Virus record (IMG/VR): IMGVR_UViG_2718218136_000003
Source of the DNA: a virus
Lineage: Duplodnaviria; Heunggongvirae; Uroviricota; Caudoviricetes
Reading direction: 5' to 3' (one strand)
DNA length: 35,535 nt
Shown here: positions 8,649-17,753 of the stretch, piece by piece
How positions within the stretch are numbered: position 1 is the stretch's first letter
Layout: each line of letters starts with the position of its first letter
Position numbers and translations under genes: made by a program
Notes under the pieces: model-generated
Seen by the model: only the letters and a program-made list of their open reading frames with translations
Database searches by the model: none
What the model was told of the DNA's origin: nothing

Positions 8649-9380
8649 ATGGATACTATAATCGCTTTTCTATCACTCGCTTTTTTTGTTGCTTTTTTCA
8701 TCGGGTTAATCAAGCCATCACTGGTGCGAATGCCAAGCCGCAAACGTGCAAGTGCGGTTTATCTCGGAGGAGGTTTTGTATTGAGCATAATTGGTTCAAT
8801 ACTCTATCCAACAGAAAAAAGCCAGCCAGTTGCTAAAACTGAAACATCAACCGTTGTAGAACACCAAGTCCAAAAAACATTCGAATATGGTGAAAAAACA
8901 CTCAAGGAATATCGGAGCGAGCCAAAGAAAACTCGACACGATATTGTGAATAGTTACATTGACTTTAAGAAAGTTCCAGTCACCGCATCAGATGCATTTT
9001 ATGCCTGCATGAGTGAGTATACATTTACCAAAGATGATGAGTTGAAACTCGGTGATGTTCTTGGGTGGTGCTTTAATGATTATGAAAATGACCCGAGTTC
9101 ACTAAATAATAAAATCAATCTTGATACATTTCAGAGTAATTTTAGTGGTTGGGATGGTTCTTATCGTCCATTGGAAAAACTAATTAAAGATAATATGAAC
9201 GATGATTCATCTTATAAACATGTATCAACGGTATATCATTTAGTTTTGAATAAAGACCCGCACGCCATTGTGAAAACGACGTTTCGCGGCACTAATGCTT
9301 ATGGTGGCATGGTCAAACAGACTGTAGCAGCGCGAGTTGACGTGCGAACGGGTGAGATCGATTCAATACTCGACAATTAA
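8649..9380 (+). CDS. Uncharacterised membrane-anchored protein, 243 aa: two predicted N-terminal TM helices plus ~170-aa soluble domain; cargo in the tin/old slot
   Basis: ORF 8625-9380 trimmed to ATG at 8649 with AAGGA Shine-Dalgarno 6 nt upstream; hydrophobic stretches IIAFLSLAFFVAFFIGLI and AVYLGGGFVLSIIGSILY; AT-rich codon usage unlike the phage backbone. Confidence 0.6.
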   Translation: MDTIIAFLSLAFFVAFFIGLIKPSLVRMPSRKRASAVYLGGGFVLSIIGSILYPTEKSQPVAKTETSTVVEHQVQKTFEYGEKTLKEYRSEPKKTRHDIVNSYIDFKKVPVTASDAFYACMSEYTFTKDDELKLGDVLGWCFNDYENDPSSLNNKINLDTFQSNFSGWDGSYRPLEKLIKDNMNDDSSYKHVSTVYHLVLNKDPHAIVKTTFRGTNAYGGMVKQTVAARVDVRTGEIDSILDN

Positions 9381-9400
9381 ATAATATAGTGACAGCTCCG

Positions 9401-9460
9401 TCAGTGATGAAACTTGCTTTTAGTCTTGGCGGGGTTGAGCAATGAGTCTTGCAAGGTGTT
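9401..9460 (+). repeat. Copy B of the ~60-bp imperfect direct repeat, running into the ribosome-binding site and start codon of cargo gene 2
   Basis: Manual alignment to 8431-8490; copy B ends GTTAGC immediately before ATG 9464. Confidence 0.6.
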
Positions 9461-9463
9461 AGC

Positions 9464-10120
9464 ATGCGTAGAATGGAAGCTGCTTGGACGTGGGGTATTC
9501 ATATGAATTTAAAAATTTTCGGCATAATTGTCCTTTCTGCTTTGATGTTCGTTTTAGGTTTTTTTCTCGGTGGTTTTAATTGGGAATGGGCTGATAAGAA
9601 TTATGCAGGTGAGGTGGCGTTGTGGAGTATGTTAGGAGGGTGGTTATCCGCAATTGCAACTCTGTTTGCCGTGTTGGTTTCATTATATATGGCGTATCAA
9701 GCTACTCAGAATGAGATTGAAAAAATCAGGGTTACTCATGGAGTAAGTATGAGTGTCACTCATGACAATGAGTTAAGTTGTAATCTCATTATTCAGAACT
9801 TGAGAAATATGAAAGTGAATATTACTGGTGTTTTTTTGTCTCTAGGTAAATCATCAGGTAAGTACTCTTTGGATAAAGTAATTGACAATCGTAATATAAC
9901 GCTTTCATATAAAGGTGAAACAGAAAAGGTACAATTTGTAATCCATTCTGGGTATATTTGGTGGTCAATGTATAAATTATTCGATATGGATAAGAACATA
10001 GGTTTTGAAAAGGGTAAGATCTTGATAACAACCAACCTCAATACATATGAATTTGATTTGCCAAAAGAATATTTAAGAGCTTTTGAGAAAGCTTATTCGG
10101 AGTATCAGACAAAAAAATAA
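9464..10120 (+). CDS. Uncharacterised membrane-anchored protein, 218 aa: two predicted N-terminal TM helices plus ~150-aa soluble domain; cargo in the tin/old slot
   Basis: ORF 9449-10120 trimmed to ATG at 9464 with AAGGTG 5 nt upstream; hydrophobic stretches IFGIIVLSALMFVLGFFLGGF and WSMLGGWLSAIATLFAVLVSLYMAY; AT-rich. Confidence 0.6.
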   Translation: MRRMEAAWTWGIHMNLKIFGIIVLSALMFVLGFFLGGFNWEWADKNYAGEVALWSMLGGWLSAIATLFAVLVSLYMAYQATQNEIEKIRVTHGVSMSVTHDNELSCNLIIQNLRNMKVNITGVFLSLGKSSGKYSLDKVIDNRNITLSYKGETEKVQFVIHSGYIWWSMYKLFDMDKNIGFEKGKILITTNLNTYEFDLPKEYLRAFEKAYSEYQTKK

Positions 10121-10249
10121 TGAGCTGCATGCAAAAGGTGCATGTTTTTGCATGTGCTAAGTTCACTGGTTTTGTGTATATCGCTTCAGATCTAGCGTGG
10201 TTCCGGGGAGGGCATGCAACTGCATTAAAACCGCTCCATGAAGCGGGCG

Positions 10250-10268
10250 GGCGAGGCGGGGAAAGCAC
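10250..10268. other. cos site: 19-nt cohesive-end sequence GGCGAGGCGGGGAAAGCAC
   Basis: Exact string found about 170 bp beyond the Q stop codon, at the position of cos in P2; matches the P2 cohesive-end sequence as I recall it. Confidence 0.7.
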
Positions 10269-10437
10269 TGCGCGCTGGCGGTGGTGCTGATTTTATTTTT
10301 TCAGCGTCTGAGCGCGTCGTGATGGCGTTTAGATTGTTCGCCGGGGCGTTGGTGTGTCTGCGGGATGTTTTGTACGGTGGTGAGCGTGTGAGGGCGTGAT
10401 GACAGGGTGTAAAAAAGCCGCCCGCAGGCGGCGATGT

Positions 10438-11472
10438 TCAGCCGTTGTCAGTGTCCAGTGAGTAGTTTTTAAAGCGGATGACCTCCTGACCGAGCCAGCC
10501 GTTTATCTCGCGGATCCTGTCCTGTAACGGGATAAGCTCATTGCGGACAAAGACCTTTGCCACTTTCTCAATATCACCCAGCGACCCGACGTTCTCCGGC
10601 TTGCCGCCCATCAACTGAAAGGGGATGCGGTGCGCGTCCAGCAGGTCAGCGGCGCTGGCTTTTTTGATATTAAAAAAATCGTCCTTCGTCGCCACTTCAC
10701 TGAGGGGGATAATTTTAATGCCGTCGGCTTTCCCCTGCGGGGCATAGAGAAACAGATTTTTAAAGTTATTGCGGCCTTTCGACTTAACCATGTTTTCGCG
10801 AAGCATTTCGATATCGTTGCGATCCTGCACGGCATCGGTGACGTACATGATGTATCCGGCATGTGCGCCGTTTTCGTAATACTTGCGGCGGAACAGCGTG
10901 GCCGACTCATTCAGCCAGGCAGAGTTAAGGGCGCTGAGATATTCCGGCAGGCCGTACAGCTCCTGATTAATATCGGGCTCCAGCAGGTGAAACACGGAGC
11001 CGGGCGCGAAGGCTGTCGGCTCGTTGAAGGACGGCACCCACCAGTAAACATCCTCTTCCACGCCACGACGGGTATATTTTGCCGGTGAGGTTTCCAGTCT
11101 GATGACCTTACCGGTGGTGCTGTAGCGCTTTTCCAGAAACGCATTACCGAACACCAGAAAATCCAGCACAAAGCGGCTGAAATCCTGCTGGGAAAGCCAC
11201 GGGTGCGGGATAAACGTTGAAGCCAGAATATTACGTTTGACGTAAATCGGTGAGCTGTGATGCACGGCAGCACGCAGACTTTTTGCCAGACCGGTAAAGC
11301 TGACCGGCGGCTCATACCATCTGCCGTTACTGATGCATTCGACGTAATCCAGAATGTCACGGCGGTCGAGTACCGGCACCGGCTCGCCAAAGGTGAATGC
11401 CTCCATTTTCGGGGCGATGGCGGTCATGGTTTTTGCCGCAGGTTGCGGTGTTTTCCCTTTTTTCTTGCTCAT
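10438..11472 (-). CDS. Q: Portal protein Q, 344 aa
   Basis: 344-aa ORF on the minus strand in the P2 Q position, same length as P2 Q. Confidence 0.9.
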   Translation of the reverse strand: MSKKKGKTPQPAAKTMTAIAPKMEAFTFGEPVPVLDRRDILDYVECISNGRWYEPPVSFTGLAKSLRAAVHHSSPIYVKRNILASTFIPHPWLSQQDFSRFVLDFLVFGNAFLEKRYSTTGKVIRLETSPAKYTRRGVEEDVYWWVPSFNEPTAFAPGSVFHLLEPDINQELYGLPEYLSALNSAWLNESATLFRRKYYENGAHAGYIMYVTDAVQDRNDIEMLRENMVKSKGRNNFKNLFLYAPQGKADGIKIIPLSEVATKDDFFNIKKASAADLLDAHRIPFQLMGGKPENVGSLGDIEKVAKVFVRNELIPLQDRIREINGWLGQEVIRFKNYSLDTDNG

Positions 11473-13244
11473 CAGTAAAACTCCAGAATGGTGGATGTCA
11501 GCGGGGTGCTGATACCGGCGGTGAGTGGCTCATTTAACAGAGCGTGCATGGTCGCCCAGGCGAGGTCGGCGTGGCTGGCTTCCTCGCTGCGGCTGGCCTC
11601 ATAGGTGGCGCTGCGTCCGCTGCTGGTCATGGTCTTGCGGATAGCCATAAACGAGCTGGTGATGTCGGTGGCGCTGACGTCATATTCCAGACAGCCTCGG
11701 CGGATAACGTCTTTTGCCTTGAGCACCATTGAGGTTTTCATTTCCGGCGTGTAGCGGATATCGCGCGCGGCGGGATAGAACGAGCGCACGAGCTGGAACA
11801 CGCCGACACCGAGGCCGGTGGCATCAATCCCGATGTATTCAACGTTATATTTTTCGGTGAGTTTGCGGATGGATTCCGCCTGGGTGGCAAAGTCCATGCC
11901 TTTCCACTGGTGACGCTCAAGTATTCTGAATTTGCCACCGGCCACCACCGGCGGTGCCAGCACCACGCATCCGGCGCTGTCGCCACGGTGTGACGGGTCG
12001 TAACCAATCCAGACCGGGCGGGAGCCGAACGGATTGGCGGCAAAGGGTGCATAGTCTTCCCATTCTTCCAGCGTGTCGACCATGCAGCGTTGCAGCTCCT
12101 CGAACGGGAACACCGATGCCTTGTCGTCAACAAATTCACACATGAACAGGTTTTTAAAATCGTCGGCGCTGTTTTCGCGTTTGAGCTGCTCAATGTCGAA
12201 CAGCGTGCAGCCGCCTTTCAGGGCGTCCTCAATGGTGACAATCTGCCGCCACTGGCCGTCCGCACAGAGAAGCCCACCGGCAAGGGCGTTATGACTGACG
12301 TCGATTTCCACGCGTTCGGCGGCGCTGGCGCGTCCCCGGTTGAACAGTTCACCCGACCAGAACGGGTAGGCGTCGTGCGCCAGCGTGGACGGGGTGGAGA
12401 AATAGGTCGAGCGCAGGTGACTCTGTGAGGCCATACCTGATGCCACCTTACGCAGTACCTGAAAATTCGGGATCCAGAAAATCTCGTCGACGTACAGGTC
12501 GCCGTTATGGCTCTGCGCGGTGTTGGAGTTGGTGCCGAGAAAAATCAGTTTTGCGCCGTTATTGCCCAGGACAATCGGGTCACCGGTCAGGTCAACGTCA
12601 ACCAGACGGGCAAAGGCGATGATGTATTCGCGGAACACATACGCCTGCGTTTTACTGGCCGACAGAAAAATCTGGTTATGACCGGTTTTCAGGGCGCGCA
12701 GCAGCGCCTCGCGGGAAAAATAAAACGTCGCGCCAATCTGACGGGATTTCAGGATATCGCGGATGCGGTGCTCAAGCCCGGCGCGATACCAGTGCAACTG
12801 ATAGTCGAAAGACTGCTCAAAGAAAATCTGCTCCAGCTTTTCGATGGCTTCGTCGCTGAAAAAATTCTTTTTCGGTTTGCGCCGCCCGCCTTTGTTGCGG
12901 TTAGCGACGTTCGGATTAAGGTCTGCCTCGTTGCCGGTCTGACTGTAACGGTTTACCCGTGCCAGTCGTTCAATCTGGCGTCCGAGCAGGTCAATTTCCT
13001 TGAAGTCACCGCCGGTTTTCTGCGGTTTGATGATGAGCTGGGTCAGCCGCGCTTCCAGACTCATTTCGACACGGCTGATGGGAGCAACGCTGTCCCAGCC
13101 GTCGCGCTGTTTCCAGCTCTGCACCGTCGGGCGTTTCATCTGCAACATGGCGGCAATCTGCGGCACGGAAAACCCCTGCCAGTACAGCAGCGCCGCCTGA
13201 CGACGCGGGTCGTGTAAAAGAGTGGTGTCTGTGGTGATGGTCAT
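11472..13244 (-). CDS. P: Terminase large subunit (ATPase) P, 590 aa
   Basis: ORF 11472-13274 trimmed to the second Met (MTITTDTTLL), giving the P2 P length; upstream of Q on the same strand. Confidence 0.88.
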   Translation of the reverse strand: MTITTDTTLLHDPRRQAALLYWQGFSVPQIAAMLQMKRPTVQSWKQRDGWDSVAPISRVEMSLEARLTQLIIKPQKTGGDFKEIDLLGRQIERLARVNRYSQTGNEADLNPNVANRNKGGRRKPKKNFFSDEAIEKLEQIFFEQSFDYQLHWYRAGLEHRIRDILKSRQIGATFYFSREALLRALKTGHNQIFLSASKTQAYVFREYIIAFARLVDVDLTGDPIVLGNNGAKLIFLGTNSNTAQSHNGDLYVDEIFWIPNFQVLRKVASGMASQSHLRSTYFSTPSTLAHDAYPFWSGELFNRGRASAAERVEIDVSHNALAGGLLCADGQWRQIVTIEDALKGGCTLFDIEQLKRENSADDFKNLFMCEFVDDKASVFPFEELQRCMVDTLEEWEDYAPFAANPFGSRPVWIGYDPSHRGDSAGCVVLAPPVVAGGKFRILERHQWKGMDFATQAESIRKLTEKYNVEYIGIDATGLGVGVFQLVRSFYPAARDIRYTPEMKTSMVLKAKDVIRRGCLEYDVSATDITSSFMAIRKTMTSSGRSATYEASRSEEASHADLAWATMHALLNEPLTAGISTPLTSTILEFY

Positions 13245-13417
13245 GAATACCTCGCCGTGATGAATACACGGCAAGGCTACTGAGTCGCGCCCCGCGATTC
13301 GCTAAGGTGCTGTTGTGCCAGTGATAAGCCATCCGGGACTGATGGCGGAGGATGCGCATCGTCGGGAAACTGATGCCGACATGTGACTCCTCTAATCACT
13401 ATTCAGGACTCCTGACA
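13245..13417. promoter_or_regulatory. Divergent late promoter region between P and O; contains TGTTGTGCCAGTGATAAGCCA (13311-13331), candidate Ogr-dependent upstream element
   Basis: Intergenic region between divergent late operons; TGTTGT motif also found upstream of V and FI. Confidence 0.45.
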
Positions 13418-14272
13418 ATGGCAAAAAAAGTCTCAAAATTCTTTCGTATCGGCGTTGAGGGTGACACCTGTGACGGGCGTGTCATCAGTGCGCAGGATAT
13501 TCAGGAAATGGCCGAAACCTTTGACCCGCGAGTCTATGGTTGCCGCATTAACCTGGAACATCTGCGCGGCATCCTGCCTGACGGTATTTTTAAGCGTTAT
13601 GGCGATGTGGTCGAACTGAAGGCCGAAAAGATTGACGATGATTCGGCGCTGAAAGGCAAATGGGCGCTGTTTGCGAAAATCACCCCGACCGATGACCTTA
13701 TCGCGATGAACAAGGCCGCGCAGAAGGTCTACACCTCAATGGAAATTCAGCCGAACTTTGCCAACACCGGCAAATGTTATCTGGTGGGGCTGGCCGTCAC
13801 CGATGACCCGGCAAGCCTCGGCACGGAATACCTGGAATTCTGCCGCACGGCAAAACACAACCCCCTGAACCGCTTCAAATTAAGCCCTGAAAACCTGATT
13901 TCAGTAGCAACGCCCGTTGAGCTGGAATTTGAAGACCTGCCAGAAACCGTGTTCACCGCCCTGACCGAAAAGGTGAAATCCATTTTTGGCCGCAAACAGG
14001 CCAGCGATGACGCCCGTCTGAATGACGTGCATGAAGCGGTGACCGCTGTTGCTGAACATGTGCAGGAAAAACTGAGCGCCACTGAGCAGCGCCTCGCTGA
14101 GATGGAAACTGCCTTTTCCGCTCTTAAGCAGGAGGTGACTGACAGGGCGGATGAAACCAGCCAGGCATTCACCCGCCTGAAAAACAGTCTCGACCACACC
14201 GAAAGTCTGACCCAGCAGCGCCGCAGCAAGGCCACCGGTGGTGGCGGTGATGCCCTGCTGACGAACTGCTGA
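13418..14272 (+). CDS. O: Capsid scaffolding protein O, 284 aa
   Basis: ORF 13352-14272 trimmed to ATG at 13418 (MAKKVSKFF…), giving the P2 O length; first gene of the rightward late operon. Confidence 0.88.
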   Translation: MAKKVSKFFRIGVEGDTCDGRVISAQDIQEMAETFDPRVYGCRINLEHLRGILPDGIFKRYGDVVELKAEKIDDDSALKGKWALFAKITPTDDLIAMNKAAQKVYTSMEIQPNFANTGKCYLVGLAVTDDPASLGTEYLEFCRTAKHNPLNRFKLSPENLISVATPVELEFEDLPETVFTALTEKVKSIFGRKQASDDARLNDVHEAVTAVAEHVQEKLSATEQRLAEMETAFSALKQEVTDRADETSQAFTRLKNSLDHTESLTQQRRSKATGGGGDALLTNC

Positions 14273-14330
14273 CCGGCGTCAGTCAGTCCGGGAAAACCTT
14301 CACGATTAACCCTTAATTTCAGGAAAAACT

Positions 14331-15404
14331 ATGCGCCAGGAAACCCGCTTTAAATTTAATGCCTACCTGTCCCGTGTTGCCGAACTGAACGGCATCGACG
14401 CCGGTGATGTGTCGAAAAAATTCACCGTTGAACCGTCGGTCACCCAGACCCTGATGAACACCATGCAGGAGTCCTCTGACTTTCTGACCCGCATCAACAT
14501 TGTGCCGGTCAGCGAAATGAAAGGGGAAAAAATTGGCATCGGTGTCACCGGCTCCATTGCCAGCACCACCGACACCGCCGGTGGCACCGAGCGTCAGCCG
14601 AAGGACTTCTCGAAGCTGGCGTCCAACAAGTACGAATGCGACCAGATTAACTTCGATTTTTATATCCGCTACAAAACGCTTGACCTGTGGGCGCGTTATC
14701 AGGATTTCCAGCTCCGTGTCCGTAACGCCATTATCAAACGCCAGTCCCTTGATTTCATCATGGCCGGTTTTAACGGCGTGAAGCGTGCCGAAACCTCTGA
14801 CCGCAGCAGCAATCCGATGCTGCAGGATGTGGCGGTCGGCTGGCTGCAGAAATACCGCAATGAAGCCCCGGCGCGCGTGATGAGTAAGGTCACTGACGAG
14901 GAAGGCCGCACCACCTCTGAGGTTATCCGCGTGGGTAAGGGCGGTGATTATGTCAGCCTTGATGCACTGGTGATGGATGCGACCAACAACCTGATTGAGC
15001 CGTGGTATCAGGAAGACCCCGACCTTGTGGTGATTGTGGGGCGTCAGTTACTGGCGGACAAGTATTTCCCCATCGTTAACAAGGAGCAGGACAACAGCGA
15101 AATGCTGGCCGCTGACGTCATCATCAGCCAGAAACGCATCGGTAACCTGCCGGCGGTACGCGTCCCGTACTTCCCGGCGGATGCGATGCTCATCACGAAG
15201 CTGGAAAACCTGTCCATCTACTACATGGATGACAGCCATCGCCGCGTGATTGTGGAAAACCCGAAACTCGACCGCGTGGAGAACTACGAGTCAATGAACA
15301 TTGATTACGTGGTGGAAGACTACGCCGCCGGTTGTCTGGTGGAAAAAATTAAGGTCGGTGATTTCTCCACACCGGCTAAAGCGACCGCAGAGCCGGGAGC
15401 GTAA
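14331..15404 (+). CDS. N: Major capsid protein N, 357 aa
   Basis: 357-aa ORF, same length and position as P2 N. Confidence 0.9.
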   Translation: MRQETRFKFNAYLSRVAELNGIDAGDVSKKFTVEPSVTQTLMNTMQESSDFLTRINIVPVSEMKGEKIGIGVTGSIASTTDTAGGTERQPKDFSKLASNKYECDQINFDFYIRYKTLDLWARYQDFQLRVRNAIIKRQSLDFIMAGFNGVKRAETSDRSSNPMLQDVAVGWLQKYRNEAPARVMSKVTDEEGRTTSEVIRVGKGGDYVSLDALVMDATNNLIEPWYQEDPDLVVIVGRQLLADKYFPIVNKEQDNSEMLAADVIISQKRIGNLPAVRVPYFPADAMLITKLENLSIYYMDDSHRRVIVENPKLDRVENYESMNIDYVVEDYAAGCLVEKIKVGDFSTPAKATAEPGA

Positions 15405-15407
15405 CCG

Positions 15408-16145
15408 ATGACGAGTCCCGCACAGCGCCACATGATGCGGGTCTCGGCAGCGATAACCGCGCAGCGGGAAGCCGCCCCGCTGCGACATGCAACTGTCTAT
15501 GAGCAGATGCTGGTTAAGCTCGCCGCAGACCAGCGCACACTGAAAGCGATTTATTCAAAAGAGCTGAAGGCCGCAAAAAAACGCGAACTGCTGCCGTTCT
15601 GGTTGCCGTGGGTGAACGGCGTGCTGGAGCAGGGCAAAGGCGCACAGGATGACATTCTGATGACAGTCATGCTGTGGCGTCTGGATACCGGCGATATTGC
15701 CGGTGCGCTGGAGATTGCCCGTTATGCCCTGAAGTACGGTCTGACCATGCCGGGTAAACACCGCCGCACCCCGCCGTACATGTTCACCGAGGAGGTGGCG
15801 CTCGCGGCCATGCGTGCTCACGCTGCCGGTGAGTCTGTGGATACCCGCCTGCTGACGGAGACCCTTGAACTGACCGCCACGGCTGATATGCCTGATGAAG
15901 TGCGCGCAAAGCTGCACAAAATCACAGGTCTGTTTCTGCGTGATGGTGGTGATGCCGCCGGTGCGCTGGCTCACCTGCAACGTGCGACACAGCTCGACTG
16001 TCAGGCAGGTGTCAAAAAAGAGATTGAACGACTGGAGCGGGAGCTGAAACCGGAGCCGCAGCCCAAAGCGGCCACCCGTACCCCGCGTAAGACCCGGAGC
16101 GTGACACCGGCAAAACGTGGACGCCCGAAAAAGAAAGCCAGTTAA
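15408..16145 (+). CDS. M: Terminase small subunit / endonuclease M, 245 aa
   Basis: ORF following N; size close to P2 M; basic Lys/Arg-rich C-terminus. Confidence 0.85.
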   Translation: MTSPAQRHMMRVSAAITAQREAAPLRHATVYEQMLVKLAADQRTLKAIYSKELKAAKKRELLPFWLPWVNGVLEQGKGAQDDILMTVMLWRLDTGDIAGALEIARYALKYGLTMPGKHRRTPPYMFTEEVALAAMRAHAAGESVDTRLLTETLELTATADMPDEVRAKLHKITGLFLRDGGDAAGALAHLQRATQLDCQAGVKKEIERLERELKPEPQPKAATRTPRKTRSVTPAKRGRPKKKAS

Positions 16146-16244
16146 CAACCGAATGCGCCCCGCGCCAGGGCGGCACGCCGGTCAGTGAGGGTGAATCACC
16201 TGACGCTGCACCGGCGTCCACCGCCCGACTTTTCAGAGGTAGTC

Positions 16245-16754
16245 ATGATGACGCTGATTATTCCGCGAAAGGAGGCTCCCGTGTCCGGTGAGGGTACGGT
16301 GGTCATCCCGCAACCGGCAGGCGACGAGCCGGTGATTAAAAACACGTTCTTTTTTCCCGATATCGACCCGAAGCGCGTCCGGGAACGTATGCGCCTTGAG
16401 CAGACCGTCGCCCCCGCCCGTCTGCGTGAGGCCATCAAGTCAGGCATGGCGGAGACGAATGCGGAGCTGTACGAGTACCGCGAACAGAAAATTGCCGCCG
16501 GTTTTACGCGTCTGGCGGACGTTCCGGCGGACGACATCGACGGTGAAAGCATCAAAGTTTTTTACTACGAGCGCGCCGTGTGTGCGATGGCGACCGCGTC
16601 GCTTTATGAGCGTTATCGCGGCGTGGATGCCAGTGCGAAAGGCGACAAGAAGGCTGACAGCATTGACAGCACCATTGATGAGCTGTGGCGGGATATGCGC
16701 TGGGCAGTGGCGCGAATCCAGGACAAGCCGCGCTGCATCGTGAGTCAAATCTGA
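16245..16754 (+). CDS. L: Head completion protein L, 169 aa
   Basis: ORF 16185-16754 trimmed to ATG at 16245 preceded by AGAGG; P2 L length. Confidence 0.85.
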   Translation: MMTLIIPRKEAPVSGEGTVVIPQPAGDEPVIKNTFFFPDIDPKRVRERMRLEQTVAPARLREAIKSGMAETNAELYEYREQKIAAGFTRLADVPADDIDGESIKVFYYERAVCAMATASLYERYRGVDASAKGDKKADSIDSTIDELWRDMRWAVARIQDKPRCIVSQI

Positions 16755-16957
16755 TGAAGACCTTTGCGCTACAGGGCGACACGCTCGACGCCATTTGTGT
16801 CCGGTATTACGGGCGCACTGAGGGCGTGGTCGAAGCCGTGCTCGCCGCAAATCCGGGACTGGCTGAACTGGGTGTGGTGCTGCCGCACGGCACCGCCGTC
16901 GAACTGCCCGACGTTCAGACCGCGCCCGTGGCTGAAACTGTCAATCTGTGGGAGTAA
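16754..16957 (+). CDS. X: Tail protein X (LysM-like), 67 aa
   Basis: ORF 16685-16957 trimmed to ATG at 16754 overlapping the L stop (ATGA); MKTFALQGDTLDAICVRYYG… as in P2 X. Confidence 0.85.
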   Translation: MKTFALQGDTLDAICVRYYGRTEGVVEAVLAANPGLAELGVVLPHGTAVELPDVQTAPVAETVNLWE

Positions 16958-16960
16958 CGC

Positions 16961-17242
16961 ATGACAGCAGAAGAAAAAAGCGTCCTGTCGCTTTTCATGA
17001 TTGGGGTGCTGATTGTTGTCGGCAAGGTGCTTGCCGGTGGTGAACCCATCACCCCGCGTCTGTTTATCGGGCGCATGTTGCTCGGTGGTTTTGTCTCGAT
17101 GGTTGCCGGTGTTGTTCTGGTGCAGTTTCCTGACCTGTCACTGCCTGCGGTGTGCGGCATTGGCTCCATGCTGGGTATCGCCGGTTATCAGGTGATTGAG
17201 ATTGCCATTCAGCGCCGCTTTAAGGGCAGGGGGAAACAGTAA
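16961..17242 (+). CDS. Y: Holin Y, 93 aa
   Basis: 93-aa ORF with hydrophobic helices, first gene of the lysis cassette, P2 Y length. Confidence 0.85.
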   Translation: MTAEEKSVLSLFMIGVLIVVGKVLAGGEPITPRLFIGRMLLGGFVSMVAGVVLVQFPDLSLPAVCGIGSMLGIAGYQVIEIAIQRRFKGRGKQ

Positions 17243-17739
17243 TGCCGGTAATTAACACGCATCAGAATATCGCCGCCTTTCTCGACATGCTGGCCGTGTC
17301 CGAAGGGACGGCAAATCATCCGCTGACGAAAAACCGGGGCTATGACGTGATAGTCACCGGACTGGACGGGAAGCCGGAAATCTTCACCGACTACAGCGAC
17401 CACCCGTTCGCGCATGGCCGACCGGCGAAGGTGTTTAACCGTCGCGGTGAAAAATCCACGGCCTCCGGTCGCTATCAGCAGCTTTACCTGTTCTGGCCGC
17501 ATTACCGCAAACAGCTTGCCCTGCCGGATTTCAGTCCGCTGTCACAGGACAGACTTGCCATTCAGTTGATCCGCGAACGCGGTGCACTGGATGACATCCG
17601 GGCGGGATGCATTGAGCGCGCCATTTCACGCTGTCGCAATATCTGGGCGTCCCTGCCGGGTGCCGGTTACGGTCAGCGTGAGCATTCACTGGAAAAACTG
17701 GTCACCGTCTGGCGTACCGCTGGCGGCGTACCGGCTTAA
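17242..17739 (+). CDS. K: Endolysin K, 165 aa
   Basis: 165-aa ORF after the holin, P2 K length. Confidence 0.85.
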   Translation: MPVINTHQNIAAFLDMLAVSEGTANHPLTKNRGYDVIVTGLDGKPEIFTDYSDHPFAHGRPAKVFNRRGEKSTASGRYQQLYLFWPHYRKQLALPDFSPLSQDRLAIQLIRERGALDDIRAGCIERAISRCRNIWASLPGAGYGQREHSLEKLVTVWRTAGGVPA

Positions 17740-17753
17740 ACGGAGTAAACACC

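Noticed and set aside
8213-10120. Possibility that the cargo genes are divergent tin and old
   Set aside because: Old is a much larger ATPase/nuclease and no Walker-type ATPase motif or large ORF is present; both cargo proteins are small two-TM proteins, so they are not Old homologues.
9793-10268. Minus-strand ORFs 9793-10041, 9822-10031 and 10038-10268
   Set aside because: Antisense to cargo gene 2 or spanning the cos region; AT-rich sequence yields chance ORFs, and the 10038-10268 ORF would read through cos.
10611-13359. Many overlapping ORFs on both strands within Q and P
   Set aside because: Shadow ORFs of the long GC-rich portal and terminase genes; Arg/Ala/Pro-rich translations are typical of antisense frames.
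13777-16850. Antisense and alternative-frame ORFs across O, N, M and L
   Set aside because: Embedded in genes whose lengths match P2 exactly; no independent support.
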